A stretch of DNA of 64,000 bases, taken from Candidatus Latescibacterota bacterium (lineage in GTDB: Bacteria; Latescibacterota; UBA2968; UBA8231). Position 1 is the stretch's first letter, and every line of letters starts with the position of its first letter. The notes under the pieces are model-generated. The model had not been told where the DNA came from. It saw only the letters and a program-made list of their open reading frames with translations, and searched no databases. Below are positions 20,691 through 32,432 of this stretch, in pieces. The DNA is taken from NCBI GenBank assembly GCA_965200315.1, contig OZ241362.1, positions 3,200,001-3,264,000 of the forward strand. The letters run 5' to 3'. The translations under genes were made by a program, and so were the position numbers.

Positions 20691-20938
20691 TCTCGAAGTC
20701 CTTTTTCAACTCTTCACGGGTTAAATTCGCAACAGTAACTTTGTACGACTTCAAAATATCAAAAAAGCCACTCTGCCTAGGCCGGCGAGTTCTGCGGCTC
20801 GTCCCGAGGATAAGCGACCAATTTCATACAGCTTTGCTGCCAAAAGTATCCGTGCTTCCTGTGCAAACTCCTCAGGGGTTTCTTTTAGCGCATTTAGAAT
20901 GTTGGCAGGGCATTCATTTGTATACTTATAGACGACAT
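20668..20938 (-). pseudogene. UPF0175 family antitoxin, frameshifted
   Basis: ETPEEFAQEARILLAAKLYEIGRLSSGRAAELAG; the C-terminus (KSYKVTVANLTREELKKD) and the N-terminus lie in other frames. Confidence 0.8.
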
Positions 20939-21048
20939 CTTGGGCCTCCGACGGGCGACGAGGGCGGCTATGCCTCAGGCTACGTAAAAAAATACAGGGG
21001 AGGGGTAAAGGCGTTGTCAACAGAGCAGCAAAGCGGGGATCGCGCACC

Positions 21049-21615
21049 TCAACTTAGCGGTCGCAACCGCCCTTCCCCTTCCTCGTAGCCTGCTCTACAC
21101 CCCCCACAGACCAGATCATCCCCCAGCGTGATGCCACAGCGGCAGGCCCAGCCCGTCTGCCGCCCTGGCACGCCGGTTATCAGCGCATAGGCCGGCACAT
21201 CGCGGGTTACGACCGCTCCGGCACCAATGAGGGCATACGCGCCGATTTCGACACCGCAGACGATGGTCGAATTGGCCCCCAGCGAAGCCCCCTTGCGCAC
21301 CCGCGTCTCTTGGAACTCGTGTCTGCGGTCGACAAAGGCGCGGGGGTTGACGACGTTGGTAAATACCATTGACGGGCCGCAGAAGACCTCGTCTTCGAGG
21401 ATAACTCCCTTGTAGATCGAGACGTTGTTCTGTATCTTGCAGCCGTCGCCGATCACCACGCCTCGATCAACATAGACGTTCTGGCCGATATTACAGCGTT
21501 GGCCGATTTCTGCGCCGGGCATCAGGTGGCAGAAATGCCATATATGGGTTCCCGCGCCAATGGAGACCGGCTCATCGACGCAAGTGCTGGGATGGATAAA
21601 GTATTCTCTGGGCAT
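21049..21615 (-). CDS. Hexapeptide-repeat N-acetyltransferase (WbpD-like)
   Basis: IWHFCH, CNIGQNV, IQNNVSIY, GPSMVFTNV, C-terminal CxCG...CxxC. Confidence 0.93.
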   Translation of the reverse strand: MPREYFIHPSTCVDEPVSIGAGTHIWHFCHLMPGAEIGQRCNIGQNVYVDRGVVIGDGCKIQNNVSIYKGVILEDEVFCGPSMVFTNVVNPRAFVDRRHEFQETRVRKGASLGANSTIVCGVEIGAYALIGAGAVVTRDVPAYALITGVPGRQTGWACRCGITLGDDLVCGGCRAGYEEGEGRLRPLS

Positions 21616-21729
21616 GACGATAGAATATAAATTGTCCCTATCTATTTACCAATGCACCGACCGATCTTTACTTGGCCGTCCGGCCACAGCCATGGTCGGT
21701 GCAGAAACCCTTTTCATACGGAGGAAATT

Positions 21730-22689
21730 GTGAAACTAGCCACGTACTTTGCTGCTGGCGAACAGCGCGTGGGCGCAGTCGTCGGCGACGACTCTGTGGT
21801 CGTCGATCTCAGGGCGGCCGACCGCGCCTTGGCCCGCCAAGAAAGGCGCAAAATACATCCCTTCTTTACAGATATGCTGGCCCTGCTCTCCGCTGGTGCC
21901 AAGGGCCTGCGCGCCGCCAAAAAGGTCGCCGCGTATGCCGAGGGGAAGGAACCCAACGGCGAGACCATCCACGCCCTCAATAAGGTCCGCCTCCGCGCGC
22001 CCGTGCCCAACCCGAGCAAGGTCTTCTGCTTGGCCGGCAACTACCAAGACCACATCGAAGAGGGCGGCGGCAAAATGGATGCCCAAGACAAGGAAACCCC
22101 GCGCGTCTTTATGAAGCCGCCGACCACTACGGTCATCGGCCCCGGCGACCGCATTCTCATTCCCCCGATCGCCAATAGCATCGACTGGGAAGGCGAGTTG
22201 GCCGTAGTCATCGGCCGCAAGGCCAAGGGCGTCAAAGCTAAGGACTCGCTCAGGTACGTGGCCGGTTATACTGTTATGAACGATGTATCCGAGCGCGACC
22301 TCAAGATCAAGGAGCGCACCGACAGCCGCCCGCGCGACGAGTGGTTCGACTGGCTCAACGGCAAATGGCTCGACACCTTTGCCCCGCAGGGGCCTTGGAT
22401 CGTCACCGCAGACGAGATCAAGAATCCCCAAGTCCTCGACATCAGCACGTACGTCAACGGCGAGCGCAAGCAACACAACAACACCGGCCAGATGCTCTAC
22501 CCGGTTGATAAGATCATTGAGTACATCTCGGCGATTATCACCCTAGAGCCAGGCGACCTGATCAGCACCGGCACCATATCAGGCGTCGGCGCGACTACCG
22601 GCACCTTTATGAAGCCCGACGACAAGGTCGAAATCGAAATCTCCGGGATTGGCGTACTCAAAAACTCGGTCGCTGCCAGCAAGAAATAA
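21730..22689 (+). CDS. Fumarylacetoacetate hydrolase family protein
   Basis: AGNYQDH, DWEGELAVVIG, NDVSERD, GDLISTGT; GTG start after GGAGG. Confidence 0.93.
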   Translation: MKLATYFAAGEQRVGAVVGDDSVVVDLRAADRALARQERRKIHPFFTDMLALLSAGAKGLRAAKKVAAYAEGKEPNGETIHALNKVRLRAPVPNPSKVFCLAGNYQDHIEEGGGKMDAQDKETPRVFMKPPTTTVIGPGDRILIPPIANSIDWEGELAVVIGRKAKGVKAKDSLRYVAGYTVMNDVSERDLKIKERTDSRPRDEWFDWLNGKWLDTFAPQGPWIVTADEIKNPQVLDISTYVNGERKQHNNTGQMLYPVDKIIEYISAIITLEPGDLISTGTISGVGATTGTFMKPDDKVEIEISGIGVLKNSVAASKK

Positions 22690-22692
22690 CCC

Positions 22693-23910
22693 TTGCACTC
22701 AGCGTCTGCGATCACGGGCCAGGAGGGCGGGCTGCTCAGCCGCGCCTTCCTGGCTCTTTGTTTGATTTACTTTTTCGAGAGCTTCCTAGTCGCCCCCTTC
22801 CAAGCACTCTTTCCCGTCTATATCGAGGCCGATTTGGCGCGGCCTCCGTGGTTTACCGGCTATCTGCGCGGGATCATGCTGCTCCTTGGCGGCATATTTG
22901 CCGTGGTCGCTGGCCGCCTTTGCGACCGCTTTGGCCGCAAGACAACCCTGATGATCGGCCTCGTTGGCAGCGCATTCACCGGCTTAGTCTTTCGCACCGC
23001 AGACCCTTGGGGGTTGTCGTGCCTGCTTTTGGTGATGGGCGCGGCCAGCGGTCCTTGGTCCACGGCCGGGCAGAGCATCCTCATCACCGCGGTCACCCCG
23101 GCTCGACTCGGTTTGGGCGGTGCCCTCTACTTCCTCAGCAACACGCTCGGCAACGCGCTCGGCAGTCTTTGTACTGGCTTGGTCAAAACCGCCTATTCCT
23201 TCTCCCAGATCGGTGCTGTTATGAGCATCGGCATGGTCGCGGTAGTCGCCCTAGCACTAGCGTTGTTGCCCGGCGACGCGCCTAGCCCGACCACGGCGCA
23301 AACGGCGCGCCTCAATACGTGGACGGCCTATCGCCCGCTTTTGGGACGCGGCAATGTGCATCTCCTGCTCAGCCTGCGCCTGACCATCACCACCTTCTGG
23401 GGTATGGCGACGCTGGCCCTGCCCCTGTTGATCTATCGAGTTGGCCAGAGCCAATCCCTACCCGCGTATTTTGCCGCCGCTTCGCTGGTAGCTGCCGCCT
23501 GTTGCCAGCTCAGCGTCGGCTATCTCAACGACCGCCGCGGCCGCACCGCACCGCTCCTCGGCTCGGCGTCCGGCGTCTTCCTCAGCGTCTTGGGACTGGC
23601 CTTGTGGCACGATTCCCTTGTCGGCCTGTTTGCCTGCGGCACCGCTCTCACGGCTACGGCGTGGGCCGTCTCGACGCTGATCCCCCGGCTCATCAACGAC
23701 GTCGCTGCCCCCGAAGAAAAAAACCGCCTCGTCGGCTTGGGACACTTCGCTTGGAGCGGCTCGATGGTGGTCGGCAGCCTGCTCGGCGGCTATCTGATCG
23801 AGATAAATGCCGCCCTGCCCTTCTACCTCGGCACGGCCCTCACGGCGCTCGGTGCATTGGGTGCCTTTGGCCTCTGCCGCCGTCTGGACGGCGTGGGGGT
23901 TACGGCTTAG
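22693..23910 (+). CDS. MFS transporter
   Basis: About 12 hydrophobic segments, GRLCDRFGRK motif A. Confidence 0.9.
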   Translation: MHSASAITGQEGGLLSRAFLALCLIYFFESFLVAPFQALFPVYIEADLARPPWFTGYLRGIMLLLGGIFAVVAGRLCDRFGRKTTLMIGLVGSAFTGLVFRTADPWGLSCLLLVMGAASGPWSTAGQSILITAVTPARLGLGGALYFLSNTLGNALGSLCTGLVKTAYSFSQIGAVMSIGMVAVVALALALLPGDAPSPTTAQTARLNTWTAYRPLLGRGNVHLLLSLRLTITTFWGMATLALPLLIYRVGQSQSLPAYFAAASLVAAACCQLSVGYLNDRRGRTAPLLGSASGVFLSVLGLALWHDSLVGLFACGTALTATAWAVSTLIPRLINDVAAPEEKNRLVGLGHFAWSGSMVVGSLLGGYLIEINAALPFYLGTALTALGALGAFGLCRRLDGVGVTA

Positions 23911-23919
23911 ACTAGGCGA

Positions 23920-25074
23920 ATGCAAAAACTCCGCTTGTTCGTCATCACGATCTCTCATTTTTGCGTCGATAGCTACGCCACGATGTTGGCCCCGCTCTTG
24001 CCCCTGCTCAAGGTCAACTTGGGGCTGAGCTTGGCGCAAGTTGGGTTTTTGGGTTCCATCGTTTCTATATGCAATATCAGTCAGCCGCTCATGGGCTTGT
24101 GGGCCGACCGCATGGCTTGGCGCTGGCTGATCATCGGTGGCTTGGCCTTGACGACCATTTTCTCCCCGCTCATGGGGCTAGCACCCAATTACCTGACCCT
24201 CGTCGGCATCCTGACGTTGGGTGGGATTGGGGTCGCCGCCTTCCACCCCCAAGTCTTTTCGCTGGCCGGCGAACTCAGCAGTCCGCGCCGCTCCTTCGGC
24301 TTGGCGCTCTTTATCTTCGGCGGGACGCTGGGGCTGGGTCTAACGCCGCTGTGGGCACCCGCTTATACCAATTCCTTCGGACTGGCCGCCCTGCCCTACC
24401 TGTCCATTCCTGGCCTGTTGTTCCTGTTGCTCGTCTGGCGCACGGTGCCGCTCGGCAACCCCAACTTCTCCCACGGCAGAAGCACAGCCCAATGGCGCAG
24501 TCTCGGCGACCAAGCCGGTCCGCTCGTGCTAATCACCGCAATCGTCATTTTGCGCTCGGTATCGGGACTGGGCTTTGGCACGTTTTTGACGCTCATGGCC
24601 CAAGAGCGCGGCCTCGGTCTCGTCGCGGGCGGCATTCCCTTGGGGATCTACAATATCGCCGGGGTGGTCGGTGCGCTCGTCGTTGGCTATCTGGCTGACC
24701 GCGTCGATCCCAAACCGCTGGTCTGGGGATCGCTGCTGTGCTCGGCGCCGCCGCTCTACGCCTTCATCTATGCCGAGGGAACGCTGGCCAGCTACAGCCT
24801 GCTTTTTTTAGGCGGCGGCCTGTTGCTGTCTTCCAACTCGATTATGGTCGCCTTGGCCCAAGAGTTTTCGCCGGAAAATTCGGGCTTGGTCTCCAGCCTG
24901 CCGCTGGGCTTTAGCTGGGGAGTGGCCAGCCTCGCGCTGCCGCTGATCGGCTATCTCGGCGACCAGATCGGCGTGGCTGAGACCTTGAAATACCTAGCCT
25001 TGCTACCGATATTGACCGCTGGACTGGCCTTCTTCCTGCCCAACAGCCCAACCGCAAAGGACGCCGCGCCATGA
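23920..25074 (+). CDS. MFS transporter (Fsr-like)
   Basis: SHFCVD, QPLMGLWADR, AAFHP, GYLADR. Confidence 0.9.
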   Translation: MQKLRLFVITISHFCVDSYATMLAPLLPLLKVNLGLSLAQVGFLGSIVSICNISQPLMGLWADRMAWRWLIIGGLALTTIFSPLMGLAPNYLTLVGILTLGGIGVAAFHPQVFSLAGELSSPRRSFGLALFIFGGTLGLGLTPLWAPAYTNSFGLAALPYLSIPGLLFLLLVWRTVPLGNPNFSHGRSTAQWRSLGDQAGPLVLITAIVILRSVSGLGFGTFLTLMAQERGLGLVAGGIPLGIYNIAGVVGALVVGYLADRVDPKPLVWGSLLCSAPPLYAFIYAEGTLASYSLLFLGGGLLLSSNSIMVALAQEFSPENSGLVSSLPLGFSWGVASLALPLIGYLGDQIGVAETLKYLALLPILTAGLAFFLPNSPTAKDAAP

Positions 25075-25853
25075 GCTTGCTCATTTTAGACTCCGAGCAG
25101 AAGCAGTTTTTCGACGACAACGGCTATCTCCTGCTCAAAGGCTTCTATGGCCCGGCCGAGATGGAGCAGATGCGCGGCGAGTTTCATCGCTTGGTGACCG
25201 AGATCGAAAATCGGCCCAAGAACGTCAAGTACTCCTTCATGGACGCGCCGAAAGGCTACGCGCCCGACTCCTTCAACCCGCGCAATGTAGTCGGCATGAT
25301 GGATCAGACCTTGGCTGGCGACTACTGGTTCGATCAGTTTACCGAGCCGCGCATTGTCTCGGTCATGGTTGATCTTTTGGGCCAAGACCTCGACTTCCAC
25401 AACGGCAAGGTCCGCAATAAACCCCCCGGCTTTGTCTGCACCCAAAGCTGGCACCAAGACTGGCCTTACGAGCGCCACACCGAGCCAGACTTGGCCGCGG
25501 CCATTACGTACCTTGATCCGAGTGGATTTGAAGCCGGGGCTACCGAGGTCCTGCCCGGCAGCCACCTCAAGGGCGAATATCCCACGTTAGAAAACAGCCA
25601 CACCATCCCAGACGAGTACGTTCCTGTTAGTGAGCAGGTCGTCTTGGAGGCCGAGCCGGGCGACGTGGCCATCATCCACGTCCTCGTCGTCCACCGCGCC
25701 GGCCACAACTACACCCCGCGCACCCGCCACGCCATTATTAATGAGTACAAAACCGCGGCCACCATCGACCAATGGGGCAACTCCTGCGCCTTTGCCGGCT
25801 TGCCGCTGGCCCGCAATGGCCAGCTCTTGATGCCGCGCGTTTATCAGGGATGA
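25071..25853 (+). CDS. Phytanoyl-CoA dioxygenase family protein
   Basis: FFDDNGYL, WHQD, PGSH, VHRAG. Confidence 0.92.
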   Translation: MSLLILDSEQKQFFDDNGYLLLKGFYGPAEMEQMRGEFHRLVTEIENRPKNVKYSFMDAPKGYAPDSFNPRNVVGMMDQTLAGDYWFDQFTEPRIVSVMVDLLGQDLDFHNGKVRNKPPGFVCTQSWHQDWPYERHTEPDLAAAITYLDPSGFEAGATEVLPGSHLKGEYPTLENSHTIPDEYVPVSEQVVLEAEPGDVAIIHVLVVHRAGHNYTPRTRHAIINEYKTAATIDQWGNSCAFAGLPLARNGQLLMPRVYQG

Positions 25854-25901
25854 TGCGGCTCCCAACGTACGCTCGCCTTCCCGCCTTGATTATTGTTATA
25901 A

Positions 25902-27860
<1,959 letters not shown>

Positions 27861-27900
27861 ATCACCGGCGACTTTTCAACCAAATAGAAAAGAGAGGAAG

Positions 27901-28893
27901 ATGGACAAAATTCGCGTGGGATTTATCGGCTGTGGTGGAAACGCCAGCGGGCACCTAGGGAGAGTGCTTGACATCCCCGAGACCGAAGTGGTGGCGCTGT
28001 GCGATGTGGATCAGGCCAGCCTACAGCGAGCTAAAGAGCGCAACTCGCAGGCCGCAGCGTTGCCGGAGTTTACCCACTACCAAAAGATGCTGGAGCAAGT
28101 CGAACTGGACGCGGTAGAGATTTCCACGCCGCACACATTGCACTTTGAGCAGATTATGGCTGCGCTGGACAAAGGGCTGCACGTGCTGACCGAAAAGCCA
28201 ATGGTCTGTACTGTCGATCACGCGCACCAAGTTATCGCCAAAGCCGAGAAGACCGGCAAGGTCCTGATGATCTCCTATCAGCGGCACTTGCAGGCGCAGT
28301 ACCGCTATGTGCGCAATCAGATCGCGGCCGGGGAATTGGGGGATATCCAGTTTATATCGGCGCTCCAAGACCAGAAGTGGCATCAGGGGACGATTGGGCT
28401 GTGGCGGCAGCAGATGGCGCTGTCGGGCGGCGGACAGCTCAACGATTCGGGAAGCCATCTACTAGACATTGTGTTGTGGATGACCGGGCTGGAGGTGGCA
28501 GAGGTGCAGGCCTACATGGACTATTTAGACTCTGAGGTGGACATCAACTCGGCGCTGTCGCTGCGCTTTCGCAACGGCGCGCTGGGGACGATTGCGGTGG
28601 TGGGCAACTCGCCGACCGGCGGAATCTGGGAGGACATCACCATCTGGGGGACCAAGGCCGTGGTCTACATTCGCCGGGGAGAGGTCTTTTATAAGACGCA
28701 GCACAGCAATGAGGTGTACGAAGTAAACAACTTGCCCGGCTCGACGACGCCCGACCAGAATTTCATCGACGCGATTCTCGGCCGCGATCAGGTGCAGGTG
28801 CCCCCCGAATGCGGCCTGCGGGTCATTGAACTGACCGAGGCAGCTTGGGCCTCGGCCGCTAGCGGGCAGCCGGTGAAAGTAAAAAGCATTTGA
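27901..28893 (+). CDS. Gfo/Idh/MocA oxidoreductase
   Basis: GFIGCG, HVLTEKP, GGGQLNDSGSH. Confidence 0.95.
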   Translation: MDKIRVGFIGCGGNASGHLGRVLDIPETEVVALCDVDQASLQRAKERNSQAAALPEFTHYQKMLEQVELDAVEISTPHTLHFEQIMAALDKGLHVLTEKPMVCTVDHAHQVIAKAEKTGKVLMISYQRHLQAQYRYVRNQIAAGELGDIQFISALQDQKWHQGTIGLWRQQMALSGGGQLNDSGSHLLDIVLWMTGLEVAEVQAYMDYLDSEVDINSALSLRFRNGALGTIAVVGNSPTGGIWEDITIWGTKAVVYIRRGEVFYKTQHSNEVYEVNNLPGSTTPDQNFIDAILGRDQVQVPPECGLRVIELTEAAWASAASGQPVKVKSI

Positions 28894-28919
28894 CATGGTT
28901 CTTCGGCGTTTGTCATATT
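28890..28919 (+). promoter_or_regulatory. Sigma70-type promoter driving the candidate ncRNA
   Basis: TTGACA (28890-28895), then extended -10 TGtCATATT (28911-28919). Confidence 0.7.
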
Positions 28920-28924
28920 AAACG

Positions 28925-29226
28925 CAAGACGGGTTCAGGTGCTATAGCTCCTGTTACCGCCACGCTGAGGCTCGAGGCTACGCGAGCGAGCCAGCCCGGC
29001 TTTGTAATTGGCCGCAACGACGCGCAGAGTTGGAGCATAGATTATGAGGCGCGCACAAGCGAAAGGAGGTGGTCCATTGAGTAGTAATTGTACCGCAGGG
29101 AGGTTGGTCACTTGATCAACTCCAGGTGATTGACTACCTGGTCAGAAGTTATGTCGCCGAGGCGACACCGCTTCTGAGAGTACAGCCGGGCGCACCCCAC
29201 CTTAGCGGGTGCGCCCGGTTTTTTTT
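28925..29226 (+). ncRNA. Candidate structured RNA with an extended 16S 3'-end complement and a 12-codon ORF
   Basis: Own promoter and terminator, multiple hairpins, GAAAGGAGGTGGTCCA at 29061-29076, sORF TTG...TGA 29077-29115. Confidence 0.7.
29184..29226 (+). terminator. Strong intrinsic terminator
   Basis: CCGGGCGCACCC...GGGTGCGCCCGG followed by T8. Confidence 0.93.
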
Positions 29227-29292
29227 GCCCGCGCTGCACTAAGTTGATTTCCACGCGGTATTTTTGTCATATTGTCCGCAAGGAGGCCGTCT

Positions 29293-30264
29293 ATGAAACG
29301 CATTGCCAAGCCCGCAGGGGCCTATAACATCGTGGTAGAAGAGGTCGAGATTCCGGCCATTGCCCCGACCGAGATTTTGATTCGCGCCGAATGTTCGCTT
29401 ATCAGCCGCGGCTCGGAGATTTGGCGGCGCTACGTGCGCGAAGAAGCGATCGACCACCGCTCTATGGGCTACTCGCTGGTGGGCCGCGTCGAAAAGGTGG
29501 GCGCGGAGGTCGAAGAGTTCAGAACCGGTGAGCTGGTCGCGGCCCTCGCGCCGCATGCCGAGTACGTAGCGGTCGAAGTCGCAGCCAGCCGGCACAAGCC
29601 AGCGGCCGTGCGCCTGCCAGCGGGCCTGTCGCCCGAGGCGGGCACCTTCTGGCCGCTGGGAACTAGCTCGGTCCTGTGGATGTGGGAGACCGAGGCCGGC
29701 CCGGATGATGCCGTGGTCATTCAGGGGCAGGGCTTGGTCGGCAGCGGTTGTATGCAGGCGGCCAAGGCACAGGGCGCGGGGCGCGTCATCGGGGTTGATA
29801 CCTTGCCCTTGCGCTGCGAACTAGCGCACGAGTTGGGGGCCGACGCGGTGATAGACGCCAGCGCCGGCGACCCTGTTGCACAGGTCTTAGAGCTGACGGA
29901 CGGAGCGGGTGCCGACATCGTGGTTGAAGCCGTGGGCGGGCGGGCCGGGGCGCAGGCTTTTGCCGAGGCGCAAGACATGCTCAAGCGCGGCGGCCTCTTG
30001 CAGGTGCTGGGCCTATACGAAAACGAACCTCTGCCGCTCTATTCAGAAAAAATCATGGGCAAGCGCCTCATAGGCAGCTACCTCGACGCCAGTCGGCGGC
30101 CCGAAGGATCGGCACGTACGCTAGAATTGTTGGCTACGGACCAGATCCAATTCGCCAAGATGATCACCCACCGCTTCCCCTACACAGAAGCGGCCGCCGC
30201 TTTCGACTTGCTCTACAATCGGTTGGGCGCGACGATGGCCGTATTGTTGACGTGGGACAACTGA
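29293..30264 (+). CDS. MDR-family (zinc-binding-type) dehydrogenase
   Basis: SLISRGSE, GYSLVG, GQGLVG, ITHRFP. Confidence 0.9.
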   Translation: MKRIAKPAGAYNIVVEEVEIPAIAPTEILIRAECSLISRGSEIWRRYVREEAIDHRSMGYSLVGRVEKVGAEVEEFRTGELVAALAPHAEYVAVEVAASRHKPAAVRLPAGLSPEAGTFWPLGTSSVLWMWETEAGPDDAVVIQGQGLVGSGCMQAAKAQGAGRVIGVDTLPLRCELAHELGADAVIDASAGDPVAQVLELTDGAGADIVVEAVGGRAGAQAFAEAQDMLKRGGLLQVLGLYENEPLPLYSEKIMGKRLIGSYLDASRRPEGSARTLELLATDQIQFAKMITHRFPYTEAAAAFDLLYNRLGATMAVLLTWDN

Positions 30265-30279
30265 CTCAGGAGACGACGT

Positions 30280-30975
30280 ATGAGTAGGACCGTAGAGAAG
30301 CTCTTCCGCGCCCCTTACGGGGTGCCCAATGCGCTGCAAGTAGTAGAAGAAGGACTGTGGATTACCGACCAAATTACCGACCGGGTGGCGCTGATCGAAA
30401 TCGCCGATCCGTCTGAATACGGCGTCACCCGCCTGATCCGCGATATCCCCAGCGAGTCGTCCAATACCAGCGGCATGGCTTGGGGCGGTGGTTCGCTGTG
30501 GTTGGCGGCCAACGGGGCGAGTACGCTCTGGCGGCCCTCACGGCCGACGGACGCTGAGGAGGGAGAAATTTTCGAGGTCAATCCGGCCACTGGCGCGACC
30601 CGCAACCGCTACCCGGTGCCCGGCGGGGGCGGGGTTCACGGGATGGAGTACGATCCGTTTGAAGATGGCTGCGTGTGGATCACCACCCTCAAGAGCCAGA
30701 CGCTGAGCAAAGTCAAGATTGCCGGCTGGTCGGTCGAGCACGTGCTGGAGTTGCCTTACGGGCGGGCGCACGGCGTGGTGCGGGTCGCCGACGGCATCTG
30801 GGTGGTGCATACGTCCGACCGCGTGATCGTCAAGCTCGACGTGGAGAGCGGGGCCGAGTTGGATCGAGTTGTGGTGCCCGGCAGCGCCCCCGAGCCGCAT
30901 GGCCTGTCGATTTTTGGCGAGGATTTGATCTATTGCGACGCCACGTCTGGATGGGTCACTAAAATCAGTCTGTGA
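30280..30975 (+). CDS. Beta-propeller hypothetical protein
   Basis: Repeated blades PNAL / TSGMAW / VHGME / AHGV / PHGL. Confidence 0.65.
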   Translation: MSRTVEKLFRAPYGVPNALQVVEEGLWITDQITDRVALIEIADPSEYGVTRLIRDIPSESSNTSGMAWGGGSLWLAANGASTLWRPSRPTDAEEGEIFEVNPATGATRNRYPVPGGGGVHGMEYDPFEDGCVWITTLKSQTLSKVKIAGWSVEHVLELPYGRAHGVVRVADGIWVVHTSDRVIVKLDVESGAELDRVVVPGSAPEPHGLSIFGEDLIYCDATSGWVTKISL

Positions 30976-31017
30976 GGCGAGGGATGAGAGTGCTTGAAGC
31001 GGAGCGAAAGGAAAGGC

Positions 31018-31497
31018 ATGGCTGGACAGTACTGGCTCGTCAAGTGCGAACTCGACGAGTGCTCCTTTGACGAGCTGAAGCAGCGTCCGCAAAGCACGGG
31101 CTACTGGCGGGGTGTGCGCAACTACCAAGCGCGCAATTTAATCCGCGACAGCATGGACCAGGGCGATCTGGCGTTCTTTTATCACTCCAACTGCGACGAG
31201 CCGGGGATTGCTGGAATCGCGACGATTACAAGGGCAGGCTACCCCGATCCCAGCCAATTCGACGACCAGCACCGCTACTACGACGAAAAATCCACTGAGG
31301 ACGAGCCGCGCTGGTTTTCCTTCGACGTGAAGTGGAAACGCAAATTCAAACGGTTTGTCCACCTCGCCGACCTCAAGGCCAACGACAAGCTCGCCGACAT
31401 GCGGGTGGTGCAGCGGGGCCAGCGGCTCTCGATCCAGCCGGTCGCCGCTCAGGAGTGGAAGGAAGTCTGCAAGATGGGGGGCGTCAGTCCGGCGTGA
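31018..31497 (+). CDS. EVE domain protein
   Basis: YWLVKCE, WRGVRNYQARN, FFYHSN, RLSIQPV. Confidence 0.95.
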   Translation: MAGQYWLVKCELDECSFDELKQRPQSTGYWRGVRNYQARNLIRDSMDQGDLAFFYHSNCDEPGIAGIATITRAGYPDPSQFDDQHRYYDEKSTEDEPRWFSFDVKWKRKFKRFVHLADLKANDKLADMRVVQRGQRLSIQPVAAQEWKEVCKMGGVSPA

Positions 31498-31563
31498 TGC
31501 GCTGCGAGCGCAAAGAGAAGCGTGTGAGAAGGTTTGAACACGGCAACCGCAGAACCATTTGCA

Positions 31564-31842
31564 ATGATTCAGTCCTTCGCAAATCGAGATACTGAGCAAC
31601 TATTCTATACCGAAAACAGCCGCCGTTTTGCGGCCATATCTCGCGTTGCGTTGAGAAAGCTAATACAGATGAATCAAGCCCGTACTCTCAGCGACCTTGC
31701 CATGCCGCCGGGTAATCGCCTAGAAGCTCTTAGAGGCGACTTATTTGGCTTTTACTCGATTCGGATTAACGACCAATGGCGCATTATCTTTCGATGGACC
31801 AATGACGGGCCGGAAAGGGTGGCCATTGTAGACTCCCATTGA
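31564..31842 (+). CDS. higB: HigB (RelE-family) toxin
   Basis: [24 protein letters not shown]. Confidence 0.92.
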   Translation: MIQSFANRDTEQLFYTENSRRFAAISRVALRKLIQMNQARTLSDLAMPPGNRLEALRGDLFGFYSIRINDQWRIIFRWTNDGPERVAIVDSH

Positions 31843-31873
31843 CAAGCCCCTTATAACGTCATAGGGTGTGAAC

Positions 31874-32173
31874 ATGGATAACCCAATTACACCTGGCGAG
31901 ATCCTGCTAGAAGAATACCTCAAGCCCATGGGGATTTCGCAGAATGCCATGGCTCGCGCCATCGGCGTCCCCCCACGGGCAATCAACGAAATCGTCCACG
32001 CTAGACGTTCGATTACTCCTGCGATGTCCATCCGCTTTGGCGCGTTCTTCGACCAGTCCGACGAGTTTTGGCACGGGCTCCAAGTCGAGTGCGACTTTCG
32101 CAAACTGGCCCGAAAAAAGAAGAGGCTTACCGACGGCATTCGCCCGGCTTCGACGCTGAGCCAGACGCGCTGA
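31874..32173 (+). CDS. higA: HigA antitoxin (HTH)
   Basis: [18 protein letters not shown]...R.IT, FW.GLQ. Confidence 0.92.
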   Translation: MDNPITPGEILLEEYLKPMGISQNAMARAIGVPPRAINEIVHARRSITPAMSIRFGAFFDQSDEFWHGLQVECDFRKLARKKKRLTDGIRPASTLSQTR

Positions 32174-32432
32174 CTGCGTGACGGTACTACTCTGGAGGTC
32201 AATTGGTCGTTGAGCAGGGCTTCCAGTCTGCCTCGGCCACGCTACCTACCTGATTGAAGAATGGGCACGACGTTTTCTCGTCGAACTGTTCCGCAACTTC
32301 GCGGTATTCTTTGTCAGCAATAGACGCGATTATGAGCTATCTGGCGCGTACTTCTAGAGGATGGGGATGGCCAGTGTTTTACTTTGCCGTTGATAGGCAA
32401 TCACATAGGTACATAAGCTAAGGAAAGGCGAA

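Noticed and set aside
29061-29076. 16S rRNA gene fragment on the minus strand
   Set aside because: The match stops at 16 nt and the flanks show no rRNA sequence; kept only as part of the ncRNA finding
32175-32400. Possible gene remnant after higA
   Set aside because: Frames contain stops and no family could be recognised
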